A stretch of DNA of 64,000 nt from Deltaproteobacteria bacterium (GCA_019306065.1 JAFDMF010000011.1:6311-70310); one strand, 5' to 3'; shown: positions 40,762 to 52,357, counted from the first letter of the stretch. Notes: generated from the sequence alone by a model not told the origin. Numbers and translations are program-made.

Positions 40762-41427
40762 TTATACTATTACTATATCCTTTATTGTTTTTACAATCTG
40801 TTCCGGATCATCCATAATTTTAAAATTTTCTATATCTTTTACCACAACATTTCCGCAAGAAAGCATCTGGTCTTGCATCCATTCTACAAGCCCTTTCCAA
40901 TATTCGGTTCCCACCAATATTACCGGAAACGGTTTAATTCTTTGGGTTTGGATTAAAGTAACCGCTTCAAACAGTTCATCCATTGTTCCTAATCCCCCCG
41001 GCATAATAATATAAGCCATAGCATATTTTATAAACATTACTTTTCTTATAAAAAAATACTTGAAATCTATTTTTATATTGGAATATTTGTTCGAAATTTC
41101 TTCAAAAGGCAGAAGTATATTAAGCCCGACGGATGCGCCTTTTGCATCTGACGCTCCCTTATTTGCGGCTTCCATTATTCCGCCTCCGCCTCCGGTTATA
41201 ACGGCAAATTTGTTTTTGGCGAAAAGATATGCAATCTCTTCCGCTTTTTTATAAAAAGGAGCACCTTTTTTTGTTCTTGCGGAGCCGAATATGCTTACCG
41301 CCGGACCTAAATCGTGCAAAGCTTCGATTCCATCTGTAAACTCCCCTATTATTTTAAACATCCGCCAAGATTCGTCATTTCTTAAATTATTTATTACATA
41401 CTGTTTCTCGAATTTTGAATTTTTCAT
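40762..41427 (-). CDS. LOG-family (TIGR00730-type) Rossmann-fold nucleotide-binding protein
   Basis: 221 aa. VITGGGGGIMEAANKGA and PGGLGTMDELFE motifs are present. Confidence 0.8.
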   Translation of the reverse strand: MKNSKFEKQYVINNLRNDESWRMFKIIGEFTDGIEALHDLGPAVSIFGSARTKKGAPFYKKAEEIAYLFAKNKFAVITGGGGGIMEAANKGASDAKGASVGLNILLPFEEISNKYSNIKIDFKYFFIRKVMFIKYAMAYIIMPGGLGTMDELFEAVTLIQTQRIKPFPVILVGTEYWKGLVEWMQDQMLSCGNVVVKDIENFKIMDDPEQIVKTIKDIVIV

Positions 41428-41601
41428 TTTCGTTTTCCATTTTCGTTTGTTTAATATTAGCCCACAGCCCTTTTAAAAGCTATATCTATTTTAAAATTTT
41501 CCAAATTAAAGAATCCTGCTTATTATTAATGTTTACTCTATTAAAAACCGCCCTATATTGTAAAAAAGTATTTTTGATATATTCATAACAAAACGTTTTA
41601 A

Positions 41602-42585
41602 TTATAAATTAGACGAATAAGGTAAAGATTTTATATGGTTTTCCATAAAATTCCAGTCTGGTCGATTATCTTTGGCGGGTAATTTGATTTTTAATTCGCC
41701 AAGCCTTTTTTTTGTCGCGCCTCTGCCATAATTAAATTTTTTTTGTAAATTTTTAGTTAAAATTGTGTTTAAAAATAATGTGTTATATCTATTCAAATTT
41801 TTATTATACAAAAGAGTAATATTATTTCCCGCTATAAATTTTTGGAATTGATAAAAAGCAGCCGAACTTTCGCCGCCTATAGAGATACAATTTTTTTGAT
41901 TTAAATTTTCATCGAATTGATTATTATCCGTTATAAATTTTTCGGCGCCATTATTAAAATTTGTTCTTGTAATATAAGGCATACTTCCGTTTTCTATATC
42001 TTCTAACGAAACTGCATGAACAGGATTTGCCTTTTTTAAATCAAATAATTCGCCGATAATAAAATGCTTCCATTTTTCAACCTCCAATTCGATTTTTCTA
42101 TCAATCAGAGATTCTTTGGAAATATCGTTTAAAACTTTTTTATAATAAGCAAAAAAATGATTGGATAATCGTTTTGGCATGCTATCCGGAACAAATATGT
42201 TTCTTAATGTTTTGTTGGCCTGTCTTCCGTAATTATATTTGTATTTATTTGCGTTTATACATTTCGCATAAAAAAGCATCTCTGTTTCGCTCGTCTCTTT
42301 TTTCGGGGTAAGAACTAATACATGAAAACCGGTATAAAACGAAAAGAGCTGATAAAATGTCGATAAAACCGAACCTCCTACGGCAACCGATAAGGAATGC
42401 GCCGGATTTGTTTCAATATACGGTTCTTTTTCTACATAAGCGGAAACGCCGTTATTTTTTTCGGTGCGAGAAACAAAAGGAACGGAGTTTTTATCGGAGC
42501 TTTTACATTGAGTTAAACTAATAAGTTCCAAACTATTTCCATATCTTATGTTAAACAGATCGGATATTTTTACTAATCTACTCAT
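41602..42585 (-). CDS. HsdS-like DNA specificity subunit with two target-recognition domains (BcgI-B-like)
   Basis: 327 aa with two repeated halves, each starting with an (I/L)xDLFxIxxG-like segment (ISDLFNIRYGN; IGELFDLKKAN). It overlaps the upstream RM fusion gene by 8 nt. Confidence 0.7.
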   Translation of the reverse strand: MSRLVKISDLFNIRYGNSLELISLTQCKSSDKNSVPFVSRTEKNNGVSAYVEKEPYIETNPAHSLSVAVGGSVLSTFYQLFSFYTGFHVLVLTPKKETSETEMLFYAKCINANKYKYNYGRQANKTLRNIFVPDSMPKRLSNHFFAYYKKVLNDISKESLIDRKIELEVEKWKHFIIGELFDLKKANPVHAVSLEDIENGSMPYITRTNFNNGAEKFITDNNQFDENLNQKNCISIGGESSAAFYQFQKFIAGNNITLLYNKNLNRYNTLFLNTILTKNLQKKFNYGRGATKKRLGELKIKLPAKDNRPDWNFMENHIKSLPYSSNL

Positions 42586-44413
42586 TCTCTTGTTCCCGTT
42601 TTCTATCTAAAAGTCTGTTGCTATGCAAAAATATTACATAATTAAGAATAGTATCCTCAAAATCAGACGGCTTTAAATTAGAATAATCGGTTTCCATATA
42701 AGCCTCCGCCGCCCATTCCATATCTGCGGAAACTATTTGATTAACGCTCAACCCGGGTTCCTCTTTTCTGTTGATAAAATTTAAGTTCCATTTTTCTTTT
42801 ATATCATTCCATTTTCCGTAAGCGTCAATTCTTCCTTTATTCTTTCTTTTTACAAATCCGTCCTCCTTATAATAGCCGAAATAGGTCTCCTTATTCTTTG
42901 AATGAGGTTTATGAGCGGTAAAAACCATAATACAGGAGACTACATTTACGTTTGAATTATGAAACAATTCGTCCGGCATAGATAAAACCGCCTCTAAAGT
43001 ATGTTTTTCTAACAGTCTTTTTTTTAATTCAAAAACTTTGCCGGATTGAGACAAAGCGCTTTGCATAGGAACGATTGCAACGCAGGTTCCGCCATAGGTT
43101 AAACATTCAAGATTATTTAAGATAAACTCCAGTTCGTCCGTATCCGTTTTTTTGTTTGACTTGTATGGAGGATTTAAAAATCCTACTGTAGGTTTTCTAT
43201 TTTTTACCTTTTCTATAACTTCTTTATCAAAACAGTCTCCATTTATTATATTTGTTTTTCCGTCCTGATGAATATACATGTTGGAAACCGCCAAAGCAAA
43301 AATATGAGACTGATATTCCGTCCCTATAAGCCGGTTTACCTTTATTTCTTCAATTTTTGCTTCGTCTCCTTTTGCGTCTTCGATCATTTTTTTCATAGCG
43401 CCGATTAAAAAACCGCCGGTTCCGGCGCAGTTGTCATAAGCAATCGAATCTTTATTTACCTGCGCCAAATCTGCAAAAAATTCTGTAATATGCGGAGGGG
43501 TTAAAACGATTCCAAGCCCTTTATCGCTGTTTGCATATCTTAAAAATTCAACGTAAAGCTGACCTAATACGTCGAAATATTTGTGGGTTTTAATAAATGC
43601 GTTTATATTTTCGTCAATATCGTCAATAATCTGCTTTAAAACCTTATCCTTTTTTGACAACGAAGTATCGGTTTTAATAAAGCTGAATTGAGTATTTAAA
43701 TTTGTAAGTCTTGCGCCTGTTATGTTTGCGTTTTTCAATTCGTCGGAAACGGTTTGAATAAGATGCGAGGCAAGCTCTTCCGGTTTTTTATAAAGAGGGT
43801 AAGATTTTTTAAAAGCCGGATTTTCCAAAGCTATTAGGATGGAGCTGATTAACAGGCTTCTTTCGCTTTCTCGAATTTTATAAAAATGTAATTTTTCATT
43901 TAATTTTTTTGTAAAATCCAAAAGCGAATTATAATCTTGCCTAAATTTTTCGGGGCTTTTTAAATATCCGTTAAGATAATCTTGAACGCCTAAAAATTTA
44001 TCTCCGAAAACAGGAACCGCTTTTTTTTCGTTTTTTAAATATAAAAAATGAGAGACTTTTAAAGTTTCTTCGGTTTCTCCGCTAACTCCAAGCGCCAAAA
44101 CGTCAAAATTTTTTGATAGGTAGGAAGCGTATAAAAGCGCGCCGTCAACCGCAAATTCCGAGTATTTATTGTTATCTTTGCTTTGATGCTTTAAAATGTC
44201 CGCCTTACATTCGATAAGTATTAAAAAATCGGGATTGGTTTTATAGGTAATGATAAAATCGGGGTAGCCTTTGCCCGCTCCTTTTTTTGAAGCGAATTTC
44301 AATAGCTTATCAATTTTCGGATTATCGGAACGCTGCTCTTCTATGTAGATTTTATCCGAAAATTTTAAAAAGTGTTCTCTTACAATTGTTTCGGTTTTTC
44401 TTTCGTTTCTCAT
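42578..44413 (-). CDS. Restriction endonuclease / N6-adenine DNA methyltransferase fusion (type IIB BcgI-A-like)
   Basis: 611 aa. The N-terminal PD-(D/E)xK is YPDFII...LILIECKAD. Motif I is YDNCAGTGGFLIG and motif IV is FLNPPYK. Confidence 0.75.
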   Translation of the reverse strand: MRNERKTETIVREHFLKFSDKIYIEEQRSDNPKIDKLLKFASKKGAGKGYPDFIITYKTNPDFLILIECKADILKHQSKDNNKYSEFAVDGALLYASYLSKNFDVLALGVSGETEETLKVSHFLYLKNEKKAVPVFGDKFLGVQDYLNGYLKSPEKFRQDYNSLLDFTKKLNEKLHFYKIRESERSLLISSILIALENPAFKKSYPLYKKPEELASHLIQTVSDELKNANITGARLTNLNTQFSFIKTDTSLSKKDKVLKQIIDDIDENINAFIKTHKYFDVLGQLYVEFLRYANSDKGLGIVLTPPHITEFFADLAQVNKDSIAYDNCAGTGGFLIGAMKKMIEDAKGDEAKIEEIKVNRLIGTEYQSHIFALAVSNMYIHQDGKTNIINGDCFDKEVIEKVKNRKPTVGFLNPPYKSNKKTDTDELEFILNNLECLTYGGTCVAIVPMQSALSQSGKVFELKKRLLEKHTLEAVLSMPDELFHNSNVNVVSCIMVFTAHKPHSKNKETYFGYYKEDGFVKRKNKGRIDAYGKWNDIKEKWNLNFINRKEEPGLSVNQIVSADMEWAAEAYMETDYSNLKPSDFEDTILNYVIFLHSNRLLDRKREQENE

Positions 44414-44502
44414 GCTCTTTTCCGATTAAAATTGACTTTCTATATAAAGCGGAGAAAACCGAAGAATCAGGCGTTATTATTAATACATAAGAGGCTTTGT
44501 TT

Positions 44503-44541
44503 AAGATATATAAAAAGGGGACAACCCTTTTTATATATCTT
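44503..44541. terminator. 17-bp perfect hairpin between the pnp/grx-like unit and the type IIB R-M genes
   Basis: aagatatataaaaaggg gacaa ccctttttatatatctt. Confidence 0.55.
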
Positions 44542-44584
44542 GATTTGAAAATTTCGTTATACCTAACGAACGCCGTTATACTCT

Positions 44585-44814
44585 TCAGGTTTTTCCTTTA
44601 AAGCCGAATATTGTTTTACCGTTTTCGATTATAACCGGTATTCTTTTTTCCCGTCTGTAAGCGCAAGCATCAAATTAAATTTTTCGGCGTCTGACGATAC
44701 GTCGAAAAACTCATATTTTTTTCCTGCGGATTCAAAAACTTCACGAGCCGATTGTGTAAAAGGTCAGGAGGATTTTCCGTAAATAATTATTTTATTCGTC
44801 TGCTTTACCGTCAT
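44585..44814 (-). pseudogene. Glutaredoxin/NrdH-like ORF with in-frame TGA at the active-site Cys position and a frameshift in an A6 run (selenoprotein candidate or pseudogene)
   Basis: The ATG at 44812-44814 is preceded by aaagaggatacaa. Translation: [16 protein letters not shown][TGA]PFTQSAREVFESAGKKYEFFDVSSDAEKFNLMLALTDGKK, then a +1 shift gives RIPVIIENGKTIFGFKGKT*. The TGA is at 44764-44766 and the A-run at 44644-44649. Confidence 0.5.
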
Positions 44815-46918
44815 TTGTATCCTCTTTTTGCATATTTTTTTCATCTGCAATAGCGGCTTTAAGGCTTAATCTTATTTTTCCGTTTCTATCGGTTTCCAAT
44901 ACTTTTACTTTTATGATTTCGCCTTCTTTTACTATATCGGTTACCTTTTTCACATGATATTCCGCAAGCTGAGATATATGCACAAGTCCGTCCGTATTAG
45001 GAAGTATTCTTACAAACGCGCCGAAGTCGGTTATTTTTACAACTTCTCCTTCATATATTTTTCCTTCTTCCGCCGTCTGAGTATGGAATAGTATAAGAAC
45101 TTTTGCGGCTTCGGCTTCCGAAGCGGATGTCGCGGCTATTTTTATCAAACCGGTATCTTCTATTTCAATTTTGGTTGAAGTTTCGTCTTGTATTGATTTT
45201 ATTACTTTGCCTCCGGGACCTATTACGACTCTGATTTTATCAGGATGTATTTTTACCGTAGTTATAGCCGGAGCATAAGAGGAGACTTCTTTTCTCGGTT
45301 TGTTTAAAGTTTCAAGCATTTTGTTTAAGATGAAAATTCTGCCTTTTCTTGCCTGTTCAAGCGCCTCTTTTAGGATTGTTTCGGATATTTCGCTTATTTT
45401 TATATCCATCTGAATGGCTGTTATTCCCTCGCTTGTTCCCGCTACTTTAAAATCCATATCTCCGGTATGATCTTCATCTCCCAGAATATCGGATAATATT
45501 ACTGTTTTGTCTTCTCCCGCTATAAGCCCCATTGCAATTCCTGCCACCGGCGCTTTTATAGGAACGCCTCCGTCCATTAAAGCAAGGGATCCTGCGCATA
45601 CTGTTGCCATAGAAGAAGAGCCGTTTGATTCTAAAACTTCGGATACTAATCTTATGATATAATCGAAATCTTCTTTATTCGGTATTATTTTTTCCAAAGC
45701 TTTTCCCGCAAGTCTGCCGTGTCCTATGTCGCGTCTGCTGGGGCCTCCGGGTCTTTTGACTTCTCCTACCGAAAAAGGCGGAAAATTATAATGAAGCATA
45801 AATTTTCTTACTTCGTCCCCGCTTAAGGTTTCTATTCTCTGCCCGTCCTGACCGGAGCCTAATGTCATTACCCCTAATACTTGTGTTTCGCCTCTGGTAA
45901 AAAGAGCGCTTCCGTGCGGTCTGGGTAAAATGCCTGTTTCGCAGGAAATGGAGCGTATTTCGTCGAATTTTCTTTTATCTATACGCATTCCTTCTTTTAA
46001 TATAAAGTCTCTTGATATTTTTTTCTTTATATCGCTAAACGCCTCGGATATTTCTTTTTTACGCTCCGTATATTCTTCGCCGAAAGAAAGGTATATTTTC
46101 TCTTTTAATGCGGATAACGCTTTATTTCTATTGGTTTTGCCTTCCGTAAGTAATGTTTGACGAATTTCCTCATAATATTTTTCTTCAATATTTTTTATAA
46201 TTTGTTCGTCTTTTAAAGGCGGCGAAAATATTCTTTTTTCTATGCCTACGGCATCTTGGAGCTCTTTTTGAATTTTTATTATAGGCTGCATTGCCTCATG
46301 CCCGTAGAATATAGCTTTTAAAATGTCCTCTTCGCTTGATAGCATGGCGTTTCCTTCAACCATTACTATTCCCGATTCCGAACCAGCCGCTACTATTTCC
46401 ATATCGCTTGCCGCTACTTGTTCGATTGTAGGGTTGATTACAAATTCGTTGTTTATTCTGCAGATTCTTACGCATGCTATAGGTCCTGCAAAAGGGATGT
46501 CGGATATTGTAAGCGCGGCGGATGCTCCTATCATAGCGAGTATATCCGGCTCGTTTTCTTTATCCATAGATAAAACCGTCGCTATTACTTGGGTTTCATA
46601 GTTATATTTTTCCGCAAACAGGGGGCGTAAAGGACGGTCTATAAGACGCGCCGTAAGGGTTTCCTTTTCGCTTGGTCTGCCTATTTCTCGTCTAAAATAG
46701 TTTCCGGGTATTCTTCCCGCAGCATAGATTTTTTCCTGATATTCTACCGAAAGCGGTAAAAAATTTACATCCTGCGGTTCGGCGGCTGATGTCGCGCATA
46801 CTAACACCGCGGTATCTCCATAAGTTACCAAAGCGGATCCCGAGGCCTGTTTTGCAAGTTTTCCTGTTTTTATACTTAAAGTTTTGCCGCCTATTTCGGC
46901 TTTTACCACATATTCCAT
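44792..46918 (-). CDS. pnp: Polyribonucleotide nucleotidyltransferase (PNPase)
   Basis: 708 aa with two RNase PH domains followed by KH and S1 domains ([13 protein letters not shown]). Confidence 0.95.
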   Translation of the reverse strand: MEYVVKAEIGGKTLSIKTGKLAKQASGSALVTYGDTAVLVCATSAAEPQDVNFLPLSVEYQEKIYAAGRIPGNYFRREIGRPSEKETLTARLIDRPLRPLFAEKYNYETQVIATVLSMDKENEPDILAMIGASAALTISDIPFAGPIACVRICRINNEFVINPTIEQVAASDMEIVAAGSESGIVMVEGNAMLSSEEDILKAIFYGHEAMQPIIKIQKELQDAVGIEKRIFSPPLKDEQIIKNIEEKYYEEIRQTLLTEGKTNRNKALSALKEKIYLSFGEEYTERKKEISEAFSDIKKKISRDFILKEGMRIDKRKFDEIRSISCETGILPRPHGSALFTRGETQVLGVMTLGSGQDGQRIETLSGDEVRKFMLHYNFPPFSVGEVKRPGGPSRRDIGHGRLAGKALEKIIPNKEDFDYIIRLVSEVLESNGSSSMATVCAGSLALMDGGVPIKAPVAGIAMGLIAGEDKTVILSDILGDEDHTGDMDFKVAGTSEGITAIQMDIKISEISETILKEALEQARKGRIFILNKMLETLNKPRKEVSSYAPAITTVKIHPDKIRVVIGPGGKVIKSIQDETSTKIEIEDTGLIKIAATSASEAEAAKVLILFHTQTAEEGKIYEGEVVKITDFGAFVRILPNTDGLVHISQLAEYHVKKVTDIVKEGEIIKVKVLETDRNGKIRLSLKAAIADEKNMQKEDTNDGKADE

Positions 46919-47028
46919 TTTTCTCCTTTTTGTCGGATATTCCTTATTAAAAATATTCGGTTAAAAGAACCGCATATTTTTAATATTGGAGGCATTGCCT
47001 CAATCGTAACAAATTGTTTTTTTATATA

Positions 47029-47298
47029 TTATTTTCTTATTCCTACAGCTTCGATTAATTTTCTGTATCTGTTTACGTCTTTATTTTTTACATAATTTAA
47101 AAGTCTTCTTCGTCTTCCTACCATCATCAGAAGCCCGCGTCTTGAATGATGATCCTTTTTATGAATTTTCAAATGCTCGGTAAGATATGTTATTCTATTT
47201 GTAAGAAGAGCCACTTGAACTTCCGGAGAGCCTGTATCCGTATCATGAAGACGGAACTGTCCGATTACTCCGGATTTATCTGTTGCAGTTAACGCCAC
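47029..47298 (-). CDS. rpsO: 30S ribosomal protein S15
   Basis: 89 aa. [31 protein letters not shown] is present. Confidence 0.95.
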   Translation of the reverse strand: MALTATDKSGVIGQFRLHDTDTGSPEVQVALLTNRITYLTEHLKIHKKDHHSRRGLLMMVGRRRRLLNYVKNKDVNRYRKLIEAVGIRK

Positions 47299-47318
47299 TT
47301 TTTTACCTCCTTGATTTT

Positions 47319-48221
47319 TTAATTAAACACATAATAATATTTATAATCTTTTTTATCCGTGAAACCGAGTATTGCTATAAGCCGGTTTTGCGGGTTGACA
47401 ATTTTCAATATGTTTTGATCCGATGTATCGGTATTATCGGATAGTTGTATATCTTCGGCTATAATTTTTTTTCCGTAAGATATTTTTTCGCAAAGTTTTA
47501 AATCCGCTTTAAACTGCGGTATATTTTTTAAAGCCTCGTTAGGCGTTATTATATGCTTTTTTATATCATCTTTTTCCAATTGTTTACAAGTTACGGCTTC
47601 CGATATATCGAAACCGCTGCAATAGGTTCTTCTTAATTGGCTCAGACAGCCTCCGAATCCTAAAGCGTCGCCTATATCCGAAGCAAGAGTCCTTATATAT
47701 GTTCCGGAAGAACAACTTACTTCGATTTTTATATAAGGAATATTTATATCCGTTATTTTTATATATTCAATATAAATTTTTCTTTTTGCTTTTACTATAA
47801 ATTTTCCGGCTCTTGCAAGTTTATATAACGGGGTTCCATTATGTTTTAAAGCGGAATACGCCGGCGGAATCTGTTCTATATATCCTGTAAATTTATCTAT
47901 AACCTTTTTTATTTCTGCTTCCGAGATGTTTTGCGGTTTATTTTTTTCGATTATTTTTCCTGTTATATCATAAGTATCGGTTTTTACGCCCAAACATATT
48001 TCCGCTTCATATTTTTTTTTGCCTGATATTAAGAAATGGCATAATTTCGTAGCTTTTCCGAAACAGCATATTAGTATGCCTGTCGCAAACGGATCAAGGG
48101 TTCCTGCATGTCCGGCTTTTTTAACTTTTAAAAATTTTTTTATACGTCCCAAAAAGGATGCCGAACTGATTTTGGCAGGTTTATCGGCTATTATTACACC
48201 GTCTTCTATTTTTAAACTCAT
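47319..48221 (-). CDS. truB: tRNA pseudouridine(55) synthase
   Basis: 300 aa. [15 protein letters not shown] (catalytic Asp) is present. Confidence 0.9.
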   Translation of the reverse strand: MSLKIEDGVIIADKPAKISSASFLGRIKKFLKVKKAGHAGTLDPFATGILICCFGKATKLCHFLISGKKKYEAEICLGVKTDTYDITGKIIEKNKPQNISEAEIKKVIDKFTGYIEQIPPAYSALKHNGTPLYKLARAGKFIVKAKRKIYIEYIKITDINIPYIKIEVSCSSGTYIRTLASDIGDALGFGGCLSQLRRTYCSGFDISEAVTCKQLEKDDIKKHIITPNEALKNIPQFKADLKLCEKISYGKKIIAEDIQLSDNTDTSDQNILKIVNPQNRLIAILGFTDKKDYKYYYVFN

Positions 48222-49189
48222 TTGAGCAGCTTTGAAAGTTTTGTTTTTAATTCTAAAAGTTCGCTGTTTATTAAAAAACCGGATGCGCTCGGATGCCCTC
48301 CTCCGTCAAAGGTTGAAGCTATTGCAGATACGTCTATATGCCCGTTAGATCTTAAACTTACGCTGTATTTGTATGTATTGTCTTCGGTTTCGGCTTCTAT
48401 TGAATATTCTTTTATTAACGCCGCTATTTTAACCTGTTTTATATTTACCGCATAATCTAACAGTCCTGTGGTATCTTCATGGGACGCGCCTGTTTTTTTA
48501 AGCATCTCTGATGTAAGAGTCATTATTGCAATTTGCCCGTCTTCAAAAAGCTCTATTGTATCTAACGCGACATTGAGCAGTTTTATGCGGTTTATGGAAT
48601 AGCTACCGTAGACTGCCTGCGCTATCAAAAACGGACTAACCTCAAATTTCATAAGATCTGCGCATATTTCATAAGTTTTTTTGTTTGTATTGGAATATCG
48701 AAAAGAGCCTGTATCGGTTAAAATTCCAAGATATATGGCGTCTGCCATCTCTTTATTTAAAGGGGTTTTCATTTCGGAAATAAGTCTGTAAACCATCTCG
48801 GTTGTAGATGCCGCGTTCGGATCAATATATTGAAAATTTCCATATCCTGTATTTGTTTTATGGTGATCTATGTTTATTACCGCTCCTATTTTTGATATTT
48901 TTTCTCCTGCATTTCCAGCCATGTTTATTCGGCCGCAATCAAGAAATATTGCCGTATCGTAATTGTCATAATTTTCGATGTTTTTTTTTATCAGCCCGGA
49001 AGAAGGCAGGATTGTATAATATTTTTGATTGATTTTACTTTTGTTGTATATCGTAACATATTTATTAAGCTGTTTTAAAGCAAGCCCTAATGCTATAGAT
49101 GATCCTATGGCGTCTCCGTCCGGCTTTGCGTGGGATGTAATAAGTATGTTTTGAGCTTTTTTTAAGTGGGAAATAAGATTATGTGTCAT
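48218..49189 (-). CDS. nrnA: DHH/DHHA1 family phosphoesterase (NrnA-like oligoribonuclease/pAp phosphatase)
   Basis: 323 aa. HAKPDGDAIGS, DHH (NIDHHKTN) and GGGHPSASG are present. Confidence 0.8.
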   Translation of the reverse strand: MTHNLISHLKKAQNILITSHAKPDGDAIGSSIALGLALKQLNKYVTIYNKSKINQKYYTILPSSGLIKKNIENYDNYDTAIFLDCGRINMAGNAGEKISKIGAVINIDHHKTNTGYGNFQYIDPNAASTTEMVYRLISEMKTPLNKEMADAIYLGILTDTGSFRYSNTNKKTYEICADLMKFEVSPFLIAQAVYGSYSINRIKLLNVALDTIELFEDGQIAIMTLTSEMLKKTGASHEDTTGLLDYAVNIKQVKIAALIKEYSIEAETEDNTYKYSVSLRSNGHIDVSAIASTFDGGGHPSASGFLINSELLELKTKLSKLLK

Positions 49190-49544
49190 CGTTTTTATAG
49201 GTTTCAGGTGTAAGATTTTTTAATATTTTTTCTATATGTCTGCTATATTCAAAGGTTTCGTCATAATAGAAGCGGAGTTCCGGCATATATCTTGTTTCAA
49301 TATGTTTTGCCAAATTCCGTTTGATAAAACCAGAAGCTTTATTAAAAGCCTTCAGTATCTCTTTTTTTTTAAAGTTTTCTGATGTTGTAAAATAAATTTT
49401 TGCAATTTTAAGATCCGCCGTCATTTTTACCGCTGTAATGGTGGCGGAACAAAGGCGCGGATCACTTATTTTTTTTATTAATATTCCGGCGATTTTTCTT
49501 TGTATCAGCTCCGCCACTCTATTTGCTCTTAAATGGGTTTTCAT
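49179..49544 (-). CDS. rbfA: Ribosome-binding factor A
   Basis: 121 aa. RANRVAELIQ...DPRL...T...V..DLK.AKIY is present. Confidence 0.9.
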   Translation of the reverse strand: MKTHLRANRVAELIQRKIAGILIKKISDPRLCSATITAVKMTADLKIAKIYFTTSENFKKKEILKAFNKASGFIKRNLAKHIETRYMPELRFYYDETFEYSRHIEKILKNLTPETYKNDDT

Positions 49545-49574
49545 AAGTTTATATTGGTGAAACTATTCTGTTTT

Positions 49575-49745
49575 ATAAGATTTCTCCTCACTGCGTTCGT
49601 TGACATTACACGGCAAAAAAATTGCCGGGATATTAAACATCTGCCAAAATAAAAAGCCTGTCCTGTCGAGCGAAGCGAGAAATTCCTTTATTGTTTAGTT
49701 TAATTTTTTATAATTATCCTTTTTTATGTCTAAAATTTAGTCGTA
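49575..49745. repeat. MITE-like inverted-repeat element, full copy
   Basis: gatttctcctcactgcgttcgttgacattaca, a spacer, then cctgtcctgtcgagcgaagcgagaaattcc, followed by ataattatccttttttatgtctaaaatttag. Confidence 0.7.
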
Positions 49746-49750
49746 GATCT

Positions 49751-52357
49751 TCATAAGGGCATATTAGGTTTTATCTCTTCTACAAAATAGGATTCTATTA
49801 TATCGTTTTCTTTTATATCATTATATTTTTCTATGCCTATACCGCATTCATAGCCAGATAAAACCTCTTTTACGTCGTCTTTATATCTTTTTAAAGAGGA
49901 GATGCTGCCGTCATATAATATAACTCCATCTCGTAATACTCGCGCGTTTTTATTTCTTTCTATTTTTCCATCTATTATATAGCAGCCGAATATGCTGCCG
50001 ATTTTAGGCACATGAAATACTTTACGAACTTCGGCTCTGCCTACAACATTTTCTTTGAACGTAGATTTCATCATACCCAAAATCGCGCTTTTAATGTCGT
50101 TTATAACTTCGTATATTATATTGTAATAGCGTATATCAACACGCTCCTCTTCGGCAATAGCCGCCGTATTGCCGCTTGGACGAACATTAAAACCTACGAT
50201 GATCGCATTTGACACTGCGGCAAGAAATATGTCGGATTCCGTAATTGTTCCTGTTGCGGAATGGATTGTGTTTATTTCCACTTCATCTATGGAAAGCTGG
50301 GTTAAGGATTCTTTTAAAGCCTCTATAGATCCCTGAACGTCCGCTTTCACAATAAGGTTAAGGGTTTTTGTTTCCCCTTTTTGCATTTTTTCAAATAAAG
50401 CGTCCAGACTCATTCTACTGGTTTTTGCAAGCTCTACAAAACGCTGTTTTTGAGTTCTGTATGAACTTACCTGTTTTGCTTTTTTCTCGTCTGATGCGGA
50501 AATTAGTTGATCTCCAGATGTAGGAACTCCGGAAAGCCCAAGCACCTTTACAGGTATTGAAGGGGCTGCGACATTCACCTGTTTTCCGATGTCGTTTATT
50601 AATGCTCTTACTTTGCCGTAATGTATTCCGCAAACTATTACGTCGCCTGCCTTAAGGGTTCCTTCTTGAACTAATACTGTAGCTACCGGACCTTTTCCAA
50701 TATCTAACTTTGCTTCTATAACATAGCCGGATGCCTGTTTGTCCGGATTTGCTTTTAATTCTAGCATTTCCGCCTGTAAAAGTATCATTTCAAGAAGGTT
50801 GTCTATTCCTATGTTCTTTTTTGCAGATACATCTACAAATATGGTGTCTCCGCCCCATTCTTCGGATATTAATCCTTGCTCGGCAAGCTCTCTTACTATA
50901 CGCTCTTTATCTGCGCTCGGTTTATCTATCTTATTTATTGCAACTATCATCGGCACGTTCGCTGCTTTGGAATGGTTAATAGCTTCCATTGTCTGCAGCA
51001 TCACTCCGTCGTCTGCGGCTACTACCAGCACTACTATATCAGTAACTTTTGCTCCTCTTGCGCGCATTGAGGTAAAAGCCTCGTGTCCGGGAGTATCTAA
51101 AAATGTTATTTCTCCTTTTTCGGTTTTAACGCTGTATGCTCCTATATGCTGGGTAATGCCTCCTGCTTCGGTATCTATAACTTTTGTTTTACGAATTGCG
51201 TCTAAAAGAGAGGTTTTTCCATGATCAATATGTCCCATTATTGTAACTATAGGGGCTCTTTTGAGCATTTTTTCAGGCTCGTCTTTAACCTTTTCCAATA
51301 TACTTTCTTCTTCAAAAACCGCTTTGTATGCTTCGAAACCAAATTCGGAGGCTACTAACGCGGTGGTTTCAAAATCTATTGTCTGATTTATGGTTGCCAT
51401 TACGCCCATGCTCATTAATTTTACAATAAGCTCGTTGGCTTTAATACCCATTCTTTTACCAAGTTCGGATAAAACGATTGTTTCATCTGTTTTTATTCTT
51501 CGTTTGCTTGCCTTAGGGGTGGTAATTTGTGTTTTCTGCCCTTTCTGTTTTTTCGATTTTTTCCTTTTTTTGCCGTGTATAACATCGGCATTAAGAGCGC
51601 CCCCTTCTATAACCTCTTTCCATTTAAAATTGATTTCTTTTTTAAAGCCTTTCTTCTTCGATGCCACCGCTTTTTTTCGTTCGCCGACTTTTTCTCCCCC
51701 GTTTTTCTTTAAATCTTTTGTTTTAAAAGGCTGTTTTTTATCCCCCTTTTCCGACATATTTACTTCTTTAAGCTCTTGTAACGCGGGTTTATCGGTTATT
51801 TCCTCTTTTTTGTCGAATACAGGTATCGGTTCTATGCTTTTTTCTATCTTATCTGGAAGTTTTATGATTTTTGCGGCTATATTTCTATCTTTTTTTTTCT
51901 TTTTGTTCTGTTTACGGGCAAGCTGCGCCGGTTTTGCTTCCGGTTTTTCCTCTTTCTTCTTCTCTATTTTTCTCGGTTTATCCTTTTGATCCTCTTTTTT
52001 ATCTTCTTCCTGTTTTTTTTCAACATTAGACTGGCTATCAATATCTTCTCTTCCGCTGTCTGCTGCCGGCTTTATATCAACGGCAGTATCGGACAGTTTT
52101 TTCTGTTCTATTTCCTTCTGATCGGAAGTTTTAATGATTTTTTTACGTCGTCTAATAATCGTAGATTTCACACGCGTTTCGCTAACGCGCTCTTCTTCGG
52201 ATTCAGATCCTTTAATCTTTTCGAATATTTTGTCTTTATCCTCTATAACGCTCATATGACTCTTAACGGAAATATTTAATTTTTCAAGTTTGTCAATTAG
52301 AGCTTTGTTGCTCACATTAAGCTTTCTGGCAAGTTCATATACTCTAATCTTTGCCAT
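49751..52357 (-). CDS. infB: Translation initiation factor IF-2
   Basis: It has the GTPase core [12 protein letters not shown] / DTPGHEAF / NKID and a Lys/Glu-rich N-terminal region. I place the start at [10 protein letters not shown], 5 codons inside the track ORF, preceded by gaaaggga. Confidence 0.93.
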   Translation of the reverse strand: MAKIRVYELARKLNVSNKALIDKLEKLNISVKSHMSVIEDKDKIFEKIKGSESEEERVSETRVKSTIIRRRKKIIKTSDQKEIEQKKLSDTAVDIKPAADSGREDIDSQSNVEKKQEEDKKEDQKDKPRKIEKKKEEKPEAKPAQLARKQNKKKKKDRNIAAKIIKLPDKIEKSIEPIPVFDKKEEITDKPALQELKEVNMSEKGDKKQPFKTKDLKKNGGEKVGERKKAVASKKKGFKKEINFKWKEVIEGGALNADVIHGKKRKKSKKQKGQKTQITTPKASKRRIKTDETIVLSELGKRMGIKANELIVKLMSMGVMATINQTIDFETTALVASEFGFEAYKAVFEEESILEKVKDEPEKMLKRAPIVTIMGHIDHGKTSLLDAIRKTKVIDTEAGGITQHIGAYSVKTEKGEITFLDTPGHEAFTSMRARGAKVTDIVVLVVAADDGVMLQTMEAINHSKAANVPMIVAINKIDKPSADKERIVRELAEQGLISEEWGGDTIFVDVSAKKNIGIDNLLEMILLQAEMLELKANPDKQASGYVIEAKLDIGKGPVATVLVQEGTLKAGDVIVCGIHYGKVRALINDIGKQVNVAAPSIPVKVLGLSGVPTSGDQLISASDEKKAKQVSSYRTQKQRFVELAKTSRMSLDALFEKMQKGETKTLNLIVKADVQGSIEALKESLTQLSIDEVEINTIHSATGTITESDIFLAAVSNAIIVGFNVRPSGNTAAIAEEERVDIRYYNIIYEVINDIKSAILGMMKSTFKENVVGRAEVRKVFHVPKIGSIFGCYIIDGKIERNKNARVLRDGVILYDGSISSLKRYKDDVKEVLSGYECGIGIEKYNDIKENDIIESYFVEEIKPNMPL

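Noticed and set aside
44717-44763. SECIS-like hairpin downstream of the TGA in the Grx-like ORF
   Set aside because: By eye I found only 3-bp GC pairings or a weak U5/A5 stem, nothing resembling a stable stem with a G/U-containing apical loop. The selenoprotein idea is therefore kept as a hypothesis only.
44764-44766. Genetic-code reassignment of TGA (code 4 or 25) as an explanation for the in-frame TGA
   Set aside because: TGA terminates well-supported genes in this window (alr at 29890-29892, fdhD at 30624-30626), so the standard code applies.
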